Notes under the pieces: model-generated | Databases searched by the model: none | Seen by the model: the letters and a program-made list of their open reading frames with translations, nothing else | What the model was told of the DNA's origin: nothing | Made by a program: the position numbers and the translations under genes | Shown here: positions 47,025 through 56,687 of the stretch, in pieces | How positions within the stretch are numbered: position 1 is the stretch's first letter | Layout: every line of letters starts with the position of its first letter | DNA from: Planctomycetota bacterium | Lineage (GTDB): Bacteria > Planctomycetota > Planctomycetia > Pirellulales > UBA1268 | DNA length: 64,000 nucleotides | Direction of reading: 5' to 3' | Assembly (NCBI GenBank): GCA_016872555.1 | Contig: VGZO01000014.1 | Location: forward strand, 4,834-68,833

Positions 47025-47402
47025 ATGCGCACCAAGAGCGTCGTGCCCCGTCTGCGGGCCAAGAAGCGGCTGTTCAAGCGGGTCAAGGGTTCGGTCGGCG
47101 GACGTCGGCGCCTCCTCCGCACCGCCAAGGAATCGATCATCCGTTCCGGCGTCTTCGCCCGCCGCGACCGGCGGCGGCGGAAGCGCGATTTCCGGCGACT
47201 GTGGATCGTGCGGATCAATGCCGCGGTGCGGCAGCGTGGCATCCGCTACAGCCAGTTCATCGCCGGTCTCGAGAAGTGCGGCTGCGAGCTCGATCGGCGG
47301 ACGCTCGCCGAGATGGCGGTGCTCGATCCGACCGGATTCGACGCCGTGGTCGAGCGGGTCCGTGCGGCACTCGATTTGCCGGCTCCCGCGGGCGCTGCCT
47401 GA
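47025..47402 (+). CDS. rplT: 50S ribosomal protein L20
   Basis: MRTKSVVPRLRAKKRLFKRVKGSVGGRRRLLRTAKESIIRSGVFARRDRRRRKRDFRRLWIVRINAAVR. The ATG at 47025 is in frame with the track ORF. Confidence 0.92.
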   Translation: MRTKSVVPRLRAKKRLFKRVKGSVGGRRRLLRTAKESIIRSGVFARRDRRRRKRDFRRLWIVRINAAVRQRGIRYSQFIAGLEKCGCELDRRTLAEMAVLDPTGFDAVVERVRAALDLPAPAGAA

Positions 47403-47536
47403 GTTCCGGCGGCGATGGGCCCGGCGTCGGCCGCCGGCGATGTCGGAGCTGACGGCCACGGTCGTGGGCTCGCTTCAGGTCGGCCGTGGTCGCTCCCGGT
47501 GGACTGACCCGGTGGTCGTTGCCCCCACGGGAAAGG

Positions 47537-48562
47537 ATGCTCAGTCGCGTGGCTGACGTGTCGCTCGACGAATTGATCGGGGAGATCGGCCGCTGCCGCA
47601 GCGCTGCCGAGGACCTCCTGGGCAACGCCGCCGATGCCGCCGCCGTCGAGCGCGCCCGTGTGGAACTGCTCGGCGCCCGCAGCGGCCGGCTCAAGGCGAT
47701 CCAGAAGTCGCTTTCCGCAGTCGATCCGTCACAGCGGCGCGATGCAGGGAGGCACTTTAACGAACTCAAGGACTGGCTCGCCGCCGCACTGGCCGCGGCC
47801 CAGGAGCGGGTCGCGGCACGGCCGGAGCGGGTGGTGCCGATCGACGTCACGCTCCCCGGCGCGGCAGCGCCGCTCGGCCACGTCCACCCGATCACGCAGA
47901 CGATCCGGCGCGTCGAGGAGATCATGGCGCGGCTCGGTTTCGAAAGCGTCGACGGGCCGGAGGTCGAGGACCAGTGGCACAACTTCGACGCGCTGGCGAT
48001 CCCACCGGAGCACCCCGCCCGCGATCCGCTGGACAACTTCTTCCTCGCCGTCGCACGGGGCGCCGAGCCGCTGCTGCTGCGCTCCCAGACGAGCACCGTG
48101 CAGATCCGGGTGATGGAACGGCGCCGACCACCCCTGCGGATCGTCTCGCTGGGACGGGTCTACCGCCCCGACACCGCCGATGCGACCCACTACCCGATGT
48201 TCCATCAGGTCGAGGGGCTGCTGGTCGAGCCGGGGGCGACGATGGCCCATCTCAAGACCACCCTCCGCCTCCTCGCCGTCGGGTTTCTCGGGCCGGGAGT
48301 CCGGGTCAGGTTCCGCCCGTCGTTCTTCCCGTTCACCGAGCCGAGCGTCGAGGTCGACATGGAATGGGGCGGCCGCTGGGTGGAAATGGGGGGCGCCGGA
48401 ATGGTCGATCCGGCGGTCCTCGCCGCCGTCGGACTCGACCCGGAGACCATCTCGGGATTCGCCTTCGGTCTGGGGGTCGAGCGGATCGCCGCGCGGCGCC
48501 ACGGCGTGGCCGACATCCGCGACTTCTACCGCAACGACGTCCGCTTCCTGCGCCAATTCTGA
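47537..48562 (+). CDS. pheS: phenylalanine--tRNA ligase alpha subunit
   Basis: [54 protein letters not shown]...[39 protein letters not shown] lies upstream of the ATG at 47537. Confidence 0.92.
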   Translation: MLSRVADVSLDELIGEIGRCRSAAEDLLGNAADAAAVERARVELLGARSGRLKAIQKSLSAVDPSQRRDAGRHFNELKDWLAAALAAAQERVAARPERVVPIDVTLPGAAAPLGHVHPITQTIRRVEEIMARLGFESVDGPEVEDQWHNFDALAIPPEHPARDPLDNFFLAVARGAEPLLLRSQTSTVQIRVMERRRPPLRIVSLGRVYRPDTADATHYPMFHQVEGLLVEPGATMAHLKTTLRLLAVGFLGPGVRVRFRPSFFPFTEPSVEVDMEWGGRWVEMGGAGMVDPAVLAAVGLDPETISGFAFGLGVERIAARRHGVADIRDFYRNDVRFLRQF

Positions 48563-48632
48563 GCCTGCAGCGGTTGCCGCCCCGACGCCCTCCCGCCCGC
48601 CCGGCGGGGATGACGATTCTCAGGAGCCCCCG

Positions 48633-50702
48633 ATGCTCGTCTCCCGTGCCTGGCTGTCCGATTACGTGCGGCTCGACGAACCGGCCGCGGCGCTCGCCGA
48701 GCGGCTGCTGATGGCCGGCCTCAATCTCGAGGCGCTCCACGGCTCGGGCGACGACGCGGTCATCGAACTGGAGGTGACGAGCAACCGGCCGGACTGTCTC
48801 GGTCACGTCGGTGTCGCACGCGAGTTGGCGGTCCTCCTCGACCGGCCTCTCCACCTGCCCGACCCGCGCCCCGCGGAGACCGGCCCGCCGTCAGGTCTGA
48901 CGGTCGCGATCGACGACGCCACGCTCTGCCCCTGCTACACCGCCCGCGTGATCCGTGGCGTGCGCGTCGGGCCGAGCCCCGACTGGCTCCAGTCGCGGTT
49001 GCGCGCGATCGGTGTCGAGCCGGTCAACAACGTCGTCGACGTCACCAACTACGTCCTCTTCGAATGCGGTCAACCGCTCCATGCCTTCGACCTCCGTGCT
49101 CTCCATGGCGCCCGGATCACCGTGCGCCGGGCCCGTGACGGCGAGGCGTTCACGGCGCTCAACCACCGCGACTACCGCCTCACCACCGCGATGGGCGTGA
49201 TCGCCGACGAGCGCGGGCCGGTGGCGCTGGCGGGAGTGATGGGGGGGGTGGGAACGGAGATCTGCCCGGCGACGGTCGACGTGCTCCTGGAATCGGCGCA
49301 GTTCGCCCCGCTGGCGGTCCGCGCCGCGGCCCGCGGTCTGGTGCTCTCCAGCCCGTCGTCGTACCGCTTCGAGCGCGGACCCGATCCCGCCGCGGTCGAC
49401 TGGGCGAGCCGCCGGGCCTGCGCGTTGATCCTCGAGCTGGCCGGCGGCGTTCTCGCCGCCGGGGTCGCCACCGCGGGCACACTCCACGCGCCCCAGGCGA
49501 CGATCCCCCTGCGCGCCGGGCGGGCCGCCGAGGTCCTCGGGATCGAGATCGACCAGCAGCGGCAGCGGCGGATCCTCGGCGGCCTCGGGTTCGTCGAGGC
49601 CGCACCGCCTTCGTCGCCGGCGCGCTGGCGGGCCCCCTCCTGGCGGCGTGATTGCACCCGCGAGATCGACCTGGTCGAGGAGATCGGCCGGATCGAGGGC
49701 TATGCGGCGATCCCCGACTCGATGCCGCTGGCGACACGCCCGGTGGAGGTCGCCCCGCGGACGCGGATCGTGCGGGTGGCGACCGACTGCCTGGCGGCGA
49801 TCGGATTGTGCGAGGCGCTGACCCGCAGCGTCGTGCCGGCGACCGCGGAAGAGGCAGGCAGCCCGTGGACGACCAGCCCGGCCCTGGTGATCACGCCGGC
49901 GCTGGTGCGCGGCGCCGATCGGCTGCGGAGGTCGCTCGTTCCGAGCCTGCTCGAGGCCCGGGCGGGCAACGAAGCGGTCAGCGCCGGTCCGGCGGATCTG
50001 TTCGAGGTGGCCCATGCATATCTCGCCGACGACGCCGGCGGCCGGTCGGCCGAGGAAGGCCCCGTCGACGAGCCGTTGCTCGTGGCGCTGGTGAGGAGCG
50101 GGGACTTCACCGCCGCCAAGGGGGCGGTCGATACGCTCCTGCGGCGGCTCCGGATCGGCCCCTGGGACGGCACCGCCGGCCATGCCGGTGTGGAGTGGCG
50201 CCCGGCGGATCTCGGACCGTTCACGGCGGGGCGAGCGGCCGAGATTTTCCTCCACCGGCCGGGCCACCCGGCTGAGCGGATCGGCGTCGCTGGCGAGGTC
50301 GCCGCCTCCGAGCGGACGCGGCTGTCGCTATCCGCGCCGGTGGCGGCCGCCGAGGTGCGGCTCGACCGGCTCGAGTTCGCCCTCGGCGAGGAGGTGGTGC
50401 TCGTGCCGACGAGCGACTCTCCGGTCGTGCTCCGCGACGTCAACCTCGTCGTCGGCCGCGCCGTACCTTGGGGGACGGTGTCCCGGCTGATCACCGCCGC
50501 CGGCGGCGCGCTGCTCGAGCGCTGCGAGCTGGTGCAGGTCTGGGAGGATGCCGAGCGCCTCGGCACCGACCGCAAGAGCTTCGTGGTCTCGCTCGCCCTC
50601 CGCCCCCGATCGGGGAGCATCTCGGGCGACGAGGCCAACACCGCCGTCGGCCGGATCGTCGAAGCCTGCACCGCCGGTGTCGGGGCGGAACTGCGGCGGT
50701 AG
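48633..50702 (+). CDS. pheT: phenylalanine--tRNA ligase beta subunit (short form lacking the N-terminal OB tRNA-binding domain)
   Basis: MLVSRAWLSDYV...LLMAGLNLEAL runs directly into IELEVTSNRPDCLGHVGVARELA. It continues with B3/4 (NNVVDVTNYVLFECGQPLHAFD), B5 and the C-terminal FDX-ACB-like domain. Length is 689 aa. Confidence 0.9.
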   Translation: MLVSRAWLSDYVRLDEPAAALAERLLMAGLNLEALHGSGDDAVIELEVTSNRPDCLGHVGVARELAVLLDRPLHLPDPRPAETGPPSGLTVAIDDATLCPCYTARVIRGVRVGPSPDWLQSRLRAIGVEPVNNVVDVTNYVLFECGQPLHAFDLRALHGARITVRRARDGEAFTALNHRDYRLTTAMGVIADERGPVALAGVMGGVGTEICPATVDVLLESAQFAPLAVRAAARGLVLSSPSSYRFERGPDPAAVDWASRRACALILELAGGVLAAGVATAGTLHAPQATIPLRAGRAAEVLGIEIDQQRQRRILGGLGFVEAAPPSSPARWRAPSWRRDCTREIDLVEEIGRIEGYAAIPDSMPLATRPVEVAPRTRIVRVATDCLAAIGLCEALTRSVVPATAEEAGSPWTTSPALVITPALVRGADRLRRSLVPSLLEARAGNEAVSAGPADLFEVAHAYLADDAGGRSAEEGPVDEPLLVALVRSGDFTAAKGAVDTLLRRLRIGPWDGTAGHAGVEWRPADLGPFTAGRAAEIFLHRPGHPAERIGVAGEVAASERTRLSLSAPVAAAEVRLDRLEFALGEEVVLVPTSDSPVVLRDVNLVVGRAVPWGTVSRLITAAGGALLERCELVQVWEDAERLGTDRKSFVVSLALRPRSGSISGDEANTAVGRIVEACTAGVGAELRR

Positions 50703-50719
50703 CCGTCCGGTCCGCCCGG

Positions 50720-53086
50720 TCAGCGGTCGGCGTAGACGCGGGTCACCTCTTCCTTGGTGATCGGCGCCGGTTGGTCGTCGGTGGTGAGCTGAATCTGGAC
50801 GCGCTGGTCGCCGGGCCGACGGCCGCGGATCCGCACCCTGTAGACCGCTTCCTCGGCCGGTGCCAGCCGGGTCAACGGCTCGAACGTGATCGCCAGGTTG
50901 TCGAGCCGGTACGGCACCGGGCCCTTGGCCGCCACCGGCTCCACGTCGCCGAGCAGTGTGGCGACGAGGCGGACGCCGCTGGCCGCCTTGGTGCCCTGGT
51001 TGGAGACGCGGACGACGTATTCGGTGAGCCCGCCGACCTCGATCGGATCCTCGCTGTCGGTGACCTCGAAGGACAGTGCCGCCAGGCCTTCGACCTCGAT
51101 GACGTGGACCGCCTGGTCGGCGAGTCCGCCTGTGGCCCGCGCTGCCGCGACGATCTTCTGCGGCCCCAGTTCCACCGGCATCACCACCAGCTCGACACCG
51201 CCGGTCTCGGCCGCCGGCAGTTCCTCGAGGTTCCACAGCACGCGGTGGGAGCGCTCGTCGTAATAGCCGGCGTTGTTGGTGCGGACGAACTTCAGACCGG
51301 CAGGCAGTTGGGCGACCAGCTCGACATCGCGCGCCGGCGCCGTGCCGGCGTTGTGCATCGACAGCAGGCAGGTGGCGGGGCGCTGCAGGTAGCGCCGCGC
51401 GGGGATCTCGGCGGCGACTTCGAGCGTGGGCGCGGTGACCTCGAGACGGACCGGGGTGACGACCTCGAGCGCGCCGTCGGCACGGGCGACGAGTTGGAGA
51501 CTGTGAACACCGGGGCCGGTGGTGCCAAGCTCGAGGTCGATCGACCGCGACTGCCCCGGGGCGAGGCGGCCGACGTCGAATTCCAGTTCGCGGCCGGCCG
51601 GATGGGCCAACCCCTCGGGCACGACCCCCTCGAGGACCACGCCGGTGGCGGTGCCGGTGCCCGGATTGCTGACGGTGATCGCCAGTGGGAGGCTGCCGCC
51701 GACGAGCACCGGCTCGGTCGGCCGCGCCTCGAGGACCAGCGCGGGCTTGGTGGCCCGCGCCCGAACGGCCGCCTCGGCACGGAACGTCACGCTCGCCAAG
51801 CTGCCGATCTCCCCTTCGAGCGTCGGCATCAGCTCGACGGCGACGCGGACCTGCGACCCGGGAGGAAGCGTTCCGATCCGCCATACGAGGTCGCCGGTCG
51901 TGGCATCGGCCCCGGGGCTGGCCGGGGGGCTGGTCGCGACGAGCGTCGTTCCGTAGGGCACCGTGTCGTGAACGACGACGTCCTGCGCGACGGCGGCGCC
52001 GACGTTGCGCACGAGGATTTCGTAGCGGCATGCCTGGCCGACCTGCACCTCGCGTGGGCCGCGCTTCTCGAGCGTGAGTTGCGGTGTCTGCACCCCCTCG
52101 AGCTGCTTGGGGCCGGGGCGCCCCTGTCCGGCCGTGACCGTGCGCGACGCCCCTGGCATCGTCGGTGTCGCAGGGATGCCGACGGAAGGCTGCATGCCGG
52201 GCAGCGGGGAGGGAACGTTCGCGGTGCCGAGCGGGGGCGCGGCCGCGAACGGCGATCCGGCCGGGTTGCCGCTCACCGGTCCCGATCCGGGTGGCTGCCC
52301 GCCGAATTGCGGCGGGAGCGCGTCGATCGGAATCGGGGCGTCGGGATCGTCGAGGCCGATTGCCGCCTGCGGCGGTGCCACGGGAGACGACGGCGCGGGC
52401 GCCAGGGGAGCTGGCACCGCCGGTCGGAGCGATGGTTGCCGTCCCACCGCCGCGCCCGGTCCGGCCACAGGGGCCGGCTCCCCAACGGGCAGATCGCCGG
52501 AGCCGGTCAGCGGCGCCGGGGGATCGTCAACAGGCAGTTCGTCTACCCCGGGCGCGACCGGTTCCTCGTCTGTCGCCGGACCGTCAGCGAGAGCGGCGCT
52601 GGTCGTGATCGCGATCGGCACTGGCGCCAGGGGAGCGGGGGGGTCGCTTACGGGCTCCGTCCGCGGCCACGGCGGTGGCGCCGCCGATCGATCGTCGGAG
52701 GCCGCCGAAAACCGCGACAAAGGACGCTCAGAGCGGGTGTCGAGCGGCGCGGGCGGGTTTGCCATCGGAGCCGCCGCGGCGGCGACTTCATCCGGAACGG
52801 CATCCAGCGACCGAGCGTCGCTCGGGGGTTCGAGGAGCTCCGGCGCCGCGGGTGGGTCGAACGACGGCGGCGGAGGCACGGGGGCCGCGGTCAGGTCGGG
52901 AACGGCGTCGACGACGACCGGCGCGGCCGGTTGGCCCGACTCTCCCCGCGCGGTCGGCCGGAGGCCGGCGACCGTCCACAGGGTGAGAGCACCACCACAC
53001 AGGCCGGCGGTCGCACCGAGCAGGTAGGGCCAGCCCAGGCTCCGTGGCCGCACGACGAGCAGCTGTCGTGACGGACGGTCGGCCAT
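50720..53086 (-). CDS. membrane-anchored protein with a Pro-rich spacer and about four DUF11-type repeat domains
   Basis: TM anchor WPYLLGATAGLCGGALTLW and a long P/A-rich region. The units then recur: VGQACRYEILVRNVGAAVAQDVVVHDTVP; LPLAITVSNPGTGTATGVVLEGVVP; CLLSMHNAGTAPARDVELVAQLP; TEYVVRVSNQGTKAASGVRLVATL. AGGGAGGA lies upstream of the ATG at 53086. Confidence 0.8.
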   Translation of the reverse strand: MADRPSRQLLVVRPRSLGWPYLLGATAGLCGGALTLWTVAGLRPTARGESGQPAAPVVVDAVPDLTAAPVPPPPSFDPPAAPELLEPPSDARSLDAVPDEVAAAAAPMANPPAPLDTRSERPLSRFSAASDDRSAAPPPWPRTEPVSDPPAPLAPVPIAITTSAALADGPATDEEPVAPGVDELPVDDPPAPLTGSGDLPVGEPAPVAGPGAAVGRQPSLRPAVPAPLAPAPSSPVAPPQAAIGLDDPDAPIPIDALPPQFGGQPPGSGPVSGNPAGSPFAAAPPLGTANVPSPLPGMQPSVGIPATPTMPGASRTVTAGQGRPGPKQLEGVQTPQLTLEKRGPREVQVGQACRYEILVRNVGAAVAQDVVVHDTVPYGTTLVATSPPASPGADATTGDLVWRIGTLPPGSQVRVAVELMPTLEGEIGSLASVTFRAEAAVRARATKPALVLEARPTEPVLVGGSLPLAITVSNPGTGTATGVVLEGVVPEGLAHPAGRELEFDVGRLAPGQSRSIDLELGTTGPGVHSLQLVARADGALEVVTPVRLEVTAPTLEVAAEIPARRYLQRPATCLLSMHNAGTAPARDVELVAQLPAGLKFVRTNNAGYYDERSHRVLWNLEELPAAETGGVELVVMPVELGPQKIVAAARATGGLADQAVHVIEVEGLAALSFEVTDSEDPIEVGGLTEYVVRVSNQGTKAASGVRLVATLLGDVEPVAAKGPVPYRLDNLAITFEPLTRLAPAEEAVYRVRIRGRRPGDQRVQIQLTTDDQPAPITKEEVTRVYADR

Positions 53087-53176
53087 CGTCGATCCTCCCT
53101 GCGGACACCGGCTTTCGTGCGGCGGAAGGGAATACCAAAGCTGACGGGGCCGGGAGAAGGGCAACCGGGGTGACGG

Positions 53177-54088
53177 TCAGCCGAGACCTGGAAGGCCATG
53201 GAGCCGGAAGTGGAACTTGCCCAGCCTGCCACCGTAGTTGCCGGCGGAGATGGCGACGAGGTCGTTGCCGGCGGCGGCGATGATTCCCGCCGCCATCGCG
53301 GCAGCGACGGCCTGCTCGTCGCGGCCGTCGATCACGATCTCCAACGCGCAACAGGCCTCGGGGTGCAGCTCGGTCCGCACCCGCCCCACCAACCCCGGGC
53401 AGAATGCTTCGTTGGAACTGGCGCGGAGGGCGCCAGACCGCGACCCGACCTTGCTTCCCGACCGCACGACGCCGCCGGGAAACGGCGTGATCACACCGGG
53501 CAGCGCGGCGATCGCGGCGACTGCCCGGCGGGCCGCGGCGAGCGTGGCGGGGGCCGAGCGCCCCTGGAGGATGAGATTGCCTCCGCCGACCCCCTTCTCG
53601 ATACCGGCGCTGTCCTCGACGACGAACTCGCCGTCCATCACCGGCACGCGCCAGTATCGCCGTCCGGCGATCACCTTCGTCTTCTCGAAGCCGTCACCGA
53701 AGTAGCGCACGTGGGCCCCGAGGGGGCGCCGTTCCTCCGCCGCGGGCAACCCGTCGTACACCGACACGGTCGGGCAGGTAAGGAGACATTGTCCGGTCCG
53801 GTTGGCGACCGCCCGGCCGACGTCGTCGGCGGTGAACGCGAACAGCATGATCGCCACACCGGGCCGGCCATCGGGCGTGGCATCCGATGCGAGCGGCGAT
53901 TCGGCACCGACTTCGGCGTCGCAGCCGAGGACGCTCGTGCCGTAGCCGCAGACGGCGGCCGTGGCGGCGGCAAGCCAGTGGTCGTCGGCAGCGGTCACCA
54001 CCAGGCGCGCGTACCGGAGGCGGAACGCCTCGGCGAAGGTGTCGGCGATCGCGGTGCCGGCGATGTCCACGGGACGGCGCGTCTCCAC
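53177..54088 (-). CDS. fhcD: formylmethanofuran--tetrahydromethanopterin N-formyltransferase homolog (Ftr/FhcD)
   Basis: IADTFAEAF...RLVVTAADDHWLAAATAAVCGYGTSVLGCDAE...TPDGRPGV...GQCLLTCPT...YFGDGFE...RYWRVPVMDGEFVVE...GGGNLILQG...ITPFPGGVVRSGSKVGS...EAFCP...ISAGNYGGRLGKFHFRLH. The ~200 R/P-rich codons upstream in the track ORF are rejected, and I propose the GTG at 54088 as the start. Confidence 0.85.
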   Translation of the reverse strand: METRRPVDIAGTAIADTFAEAFRLRYARLVVTAADDHWLAAATAAVCGYGTSVLGCDAEVGAESPLASDATPDGRPGVAIMLFAFTADDVGRAVANRTGQCLLTCPTVSVYDGLPAAEERRPLGAHVRYFGDGFEKTKVIAGRRYWRVPVMDGEFVVEDSAGIEKGVGGGNLILQGRSAPATLAAARRAVAAIAALPGVITPFPGGVVRSGSKVGSRSGALRASSNEAFCPGLVGRVRTELHPEACCALEIVIDGRDEQAVAAAMAAGIIAAAGNDLVAISAGNYGGRLGKFHFRLHGLPGLG

Positions 54089-54377
54089 GGGAAAATGATC
54101 GGCTGGGAGTGAGCGGGGGGCGGTCGGCGGCCGAGCCGGCGCGGCTCTGGCGACGACCGGGGACGGCGCCGAGCCGGGACAATTCCACAGCAAACCGATT
54201 GCCCTGCCAACTTCCGATGGACTCGCGACGCGCCGGCGTGTCACACTGGGGGGTGGACTGACCTGCCCGTGCCGTTCCGGCGTGAGCCCGGCCCATGCCC
54301 TGGGTCGGCACACGCCGCGGCCCCTGTGCGGTGACGGGCCCCGTTCCCCGAGTTCGTCTTCCCGTCCGGAGTGAGCC

Positions 54378-56687
54378 ATGAACGCTCTCCACGATCGTCG
54401 TTCGGCCCGGTTCCTCGTCGCGCTGACGAGCCTTGTCGCCGCCTGCCCGCTCGTGGTGTCGGCGTCGGGGCGTGCCGACGATGCCCTCATGACGGGGGTG
54501 GCGATGGTCCCGGCGGACGCCGCCTTCCTCTCGGCCACGCTCCGCCTCCGCGAGCAGGTCGAGAAGGTGCTGGCGAGCAACGCCTTCGCGTCGGTGAAGC
54601 GGCTTCCCGCCGTCGAGCGCGCCCTCGACGCGCTGGAGGAGCAGAAGATCCAGCCCGGCAGCCCGCTGTCGATGGCGGCGACGTTTCTCGAGCTACCGGA
54701 GAACAAGCAGGCCGTCGCCGTCCTCACCGACATGGTCTCGAGCGACGTGTTCCTCTACGGCGAACCGTCGTGCATCGCGCTCCTCGACCTGTTCCAGAAG
54801 GTGAACCGGGCCCAGCAGGCGGCCGGGTTCCTCGAGATGGGGCGCGCGACCGGGGATGGGGACGGCGCCGCCGTCGGCGGGCGATCGGCGATCGTGCCGG
54901 TGCGCCGCCAGCTGCCCGACACGGTCGATCCCGACCTGTCGCGGCTCCAGGCGCGGTTGATCGCCCAGACGCTCGTCGACAATGTCGAGTCGATCGTGGT
55001 GCCCGACCTCGTCTGGGGCTTCAAGATCACCGACGCCGCGGCCGCCAAGACCCAGATCGAGCGGCTCCGGGTGATGCTGAATCTCGTGACCCAGGGAAAT
55101 CCCGATCTCGCCAAGGCGGTGTCGCGGAAGAAGGTCCGCGACGGCGAGCTGATGACGATCACGGTCGACGGGGCAATGATCCCCTGGGGCGAGTTCGTGG
55201 CGGGAATGATCGACGATCTCGACGTCGACGGCTTCGAGGCGGTGCTCGAGCGGCTCCAGGACCTCGACCTGGTGGTGGCCCTGGGCCTCGTCGGCGATCG
55301 CGTGATCCTCTCGCTGGGTGACTCGGCCGACCATCTCGACAAGCTCGCCACGCCGGGCGACGGCAAGGGCTTGGTGAGCGTGCCGGCCCTCGCGCCGCTC
55401 CGCGAGCACCGCAGCCGGCCGATCACCGCGATCAGCTACGCCAGCGAGGCGCTCAACAAACTGCAGATGGGGTCGACCGCCGACATCGAGCAGTTGGCCG
55501 AGTTGAGCGAGCAGGCCGCGCAGCGTGCCGGGCTGTCGGACGAGGCGGCGGCGGAAGCGCGGCGGATCCTCGACAAGGCCGCGGCCGCCATGCGCCGGCA
55601 GATGCCGATCGCCGGGCCGACGATGGGCTATTCGTTCATGACCGACTCGGGCTACGAGGGCTACGACTGGAACTGGTCGAAGAATCTTCCGTACGACGGG
55701 TCGAAGCGTCTCGACCTCACCTCCCACGTCGGCGGCGCCCCGCTGGCGGCGTGGGTGATCCGCGGCCGTACCGATGCCGCCCAGTTCGAGGAGTTGGTCT
55801 CCGTCGGCGGTCTGGCGATGTCGTTCCTCCGGCGCCACGTCCTGCCGCGGGTCGCCGGGGACGATCGCGACAAGGCCGAGGCATTCGACGAACGGCTCGC
55901 GCCGCTGGCGGCGAAGGCGACCGAAATCCTCCGCAAGAAGATCCTTCCGGCCACCGCCGACGGCCAGCTGGGGCTGGTGATCGACGACAAGGGACGCACG
56001 AAGCGCGTTTCGGAAGCGCTGCCGGCGTCGGCCGATCCGCTGCCGCTGGTCGAGCCGGCGATCGCCATCCGGCTCACCGACGCGGCCCTGTTCCGCGAGG
56101 GGCTCAGCGACCTGTTTTCGCTGGCCGACGAACTGGTCGAGCAGATCCGCGCGGTCGACCCGGGCGCGGTGCCCTCCGGCTACCGGATTCCGGAGCCGGA
56201 GAAGACCAAGGTTCCGGGGGGGAGCGTGTGGTCGTTCCGCCTCCGCGGCGCCGGGCTCGACGAGCAGATCCAGCCGTCGATCGGAGTCGGCGACGAGGTC
56301 GCCGTCCTCAGCTTCGTGCCCAAGCAGGCGGCACGGATCGTGGCCGGGGCACCGCTCGAGACGGGCTCCCAGTTGACGAAATACGAGGAGCCGCTCGCCT
56401 CGGCCGCGGCCCTCGACGTCGCCGGGTTGATCGACCTCGTCGAGCCGTGGCTGGTGTACGCGGCACGGTATGGATCGGTGCAGCAGGCGGAGGGGGAGGT
56501 CGACGCCGATCGGGTGCTGTCGGTGGACGACGAGAACCCCCAAGCGCGCGACATCCTCGGCCAGGTCAAGGTCGTGCTCGAGGCACTCCGTTCGATCCGT
56601 GTCGCGGTGGCCGAGACGCGCGTCACTCCCGAGGCCACGGTGACACGGTGGCGCAACGTGATCCGCGATCAGCCCTCGGGGCTGTGA
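54378..56687 (+). CDS. secreted hypothetical protein (769 aa)
   Basis: Signal peptide MNALHDRRSARFLVALTSLVAACPLVVSASG. Amino-acid composition is balanced and coding-like throughout. I recognise no family. Confidence 0.7.
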   Translation: MNALHDRRSARFLVALTSLVAACPLVVSASGRADDALMTGVAMVPADAAFLSATLRLREQVEKVLASNAFASVKRLPAVERALDALEEQKIQPGSPLSMAATFLELPENKQAVAVLTDMVSSDVFLYGEPSCIALLDLFQKVNRAQQAAGFLEMGRATGDGDGAAVGGRSAIVPVRRQLPDTVDPDLSRLQARLIAQTLVDNVESIVVPDLVWGFKITDAAAAKTQIERLRVMLNLVTQGNPDLAKAVSRKKVRDGELMTITVDGAMIPWGEFVAGMIDDLDVDGFEAVLERLQDLDLVVALGLVGDRVILSLGDSADHLDKLATPGDGKGLVSVPALAPLREHRSRPITAISYASEALNKLQMGSTADIEQLAELSEQAAQRAGLSDEAAAEARRILDKAAAAMRRQMPIAGPTMGYSFMTDSGYEGYDWNWSKNLPYDGSKRLDLTSHVGGAPLAAWVIRGRTDAAQFEELVSVGGLAMSFLRRHVLPRVAGDDRDKAEAFDERLAPLAAKATEILRKKILPATADGQLGLVIDDKGRTKRVSEALPASADPLPLVEPAIAIRLTDAALFREGLSDLFSLADELVEQIRAVDPGAVPSGYRIPEPEKTKVPGGSVWSFRLRGAGLDEQIQPSIGVGDEVAVLSFVPKQAARIVAGAPLETGSQLTKYEEPLASAAALDVAGLIDLVEPWLVYAARYGSVQQAEGEVDADRVLSVDDENPQARDILGQVKVVLEALRSIRVAVAETRVTPEATVTRWRNVIRDQPSGL

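Noticed and set aside
47403-47536. pheST attenuator with a Phe-rich leader peptide. There is also a GC hairpin at 47406-47437.
   Set aside because: The only short ORF in the spacer (MGPASAAGDV...) contains no phenylalanine codons, and the hairpin is not followed by a T-tract. I found no support for E. coli-type attenuation.
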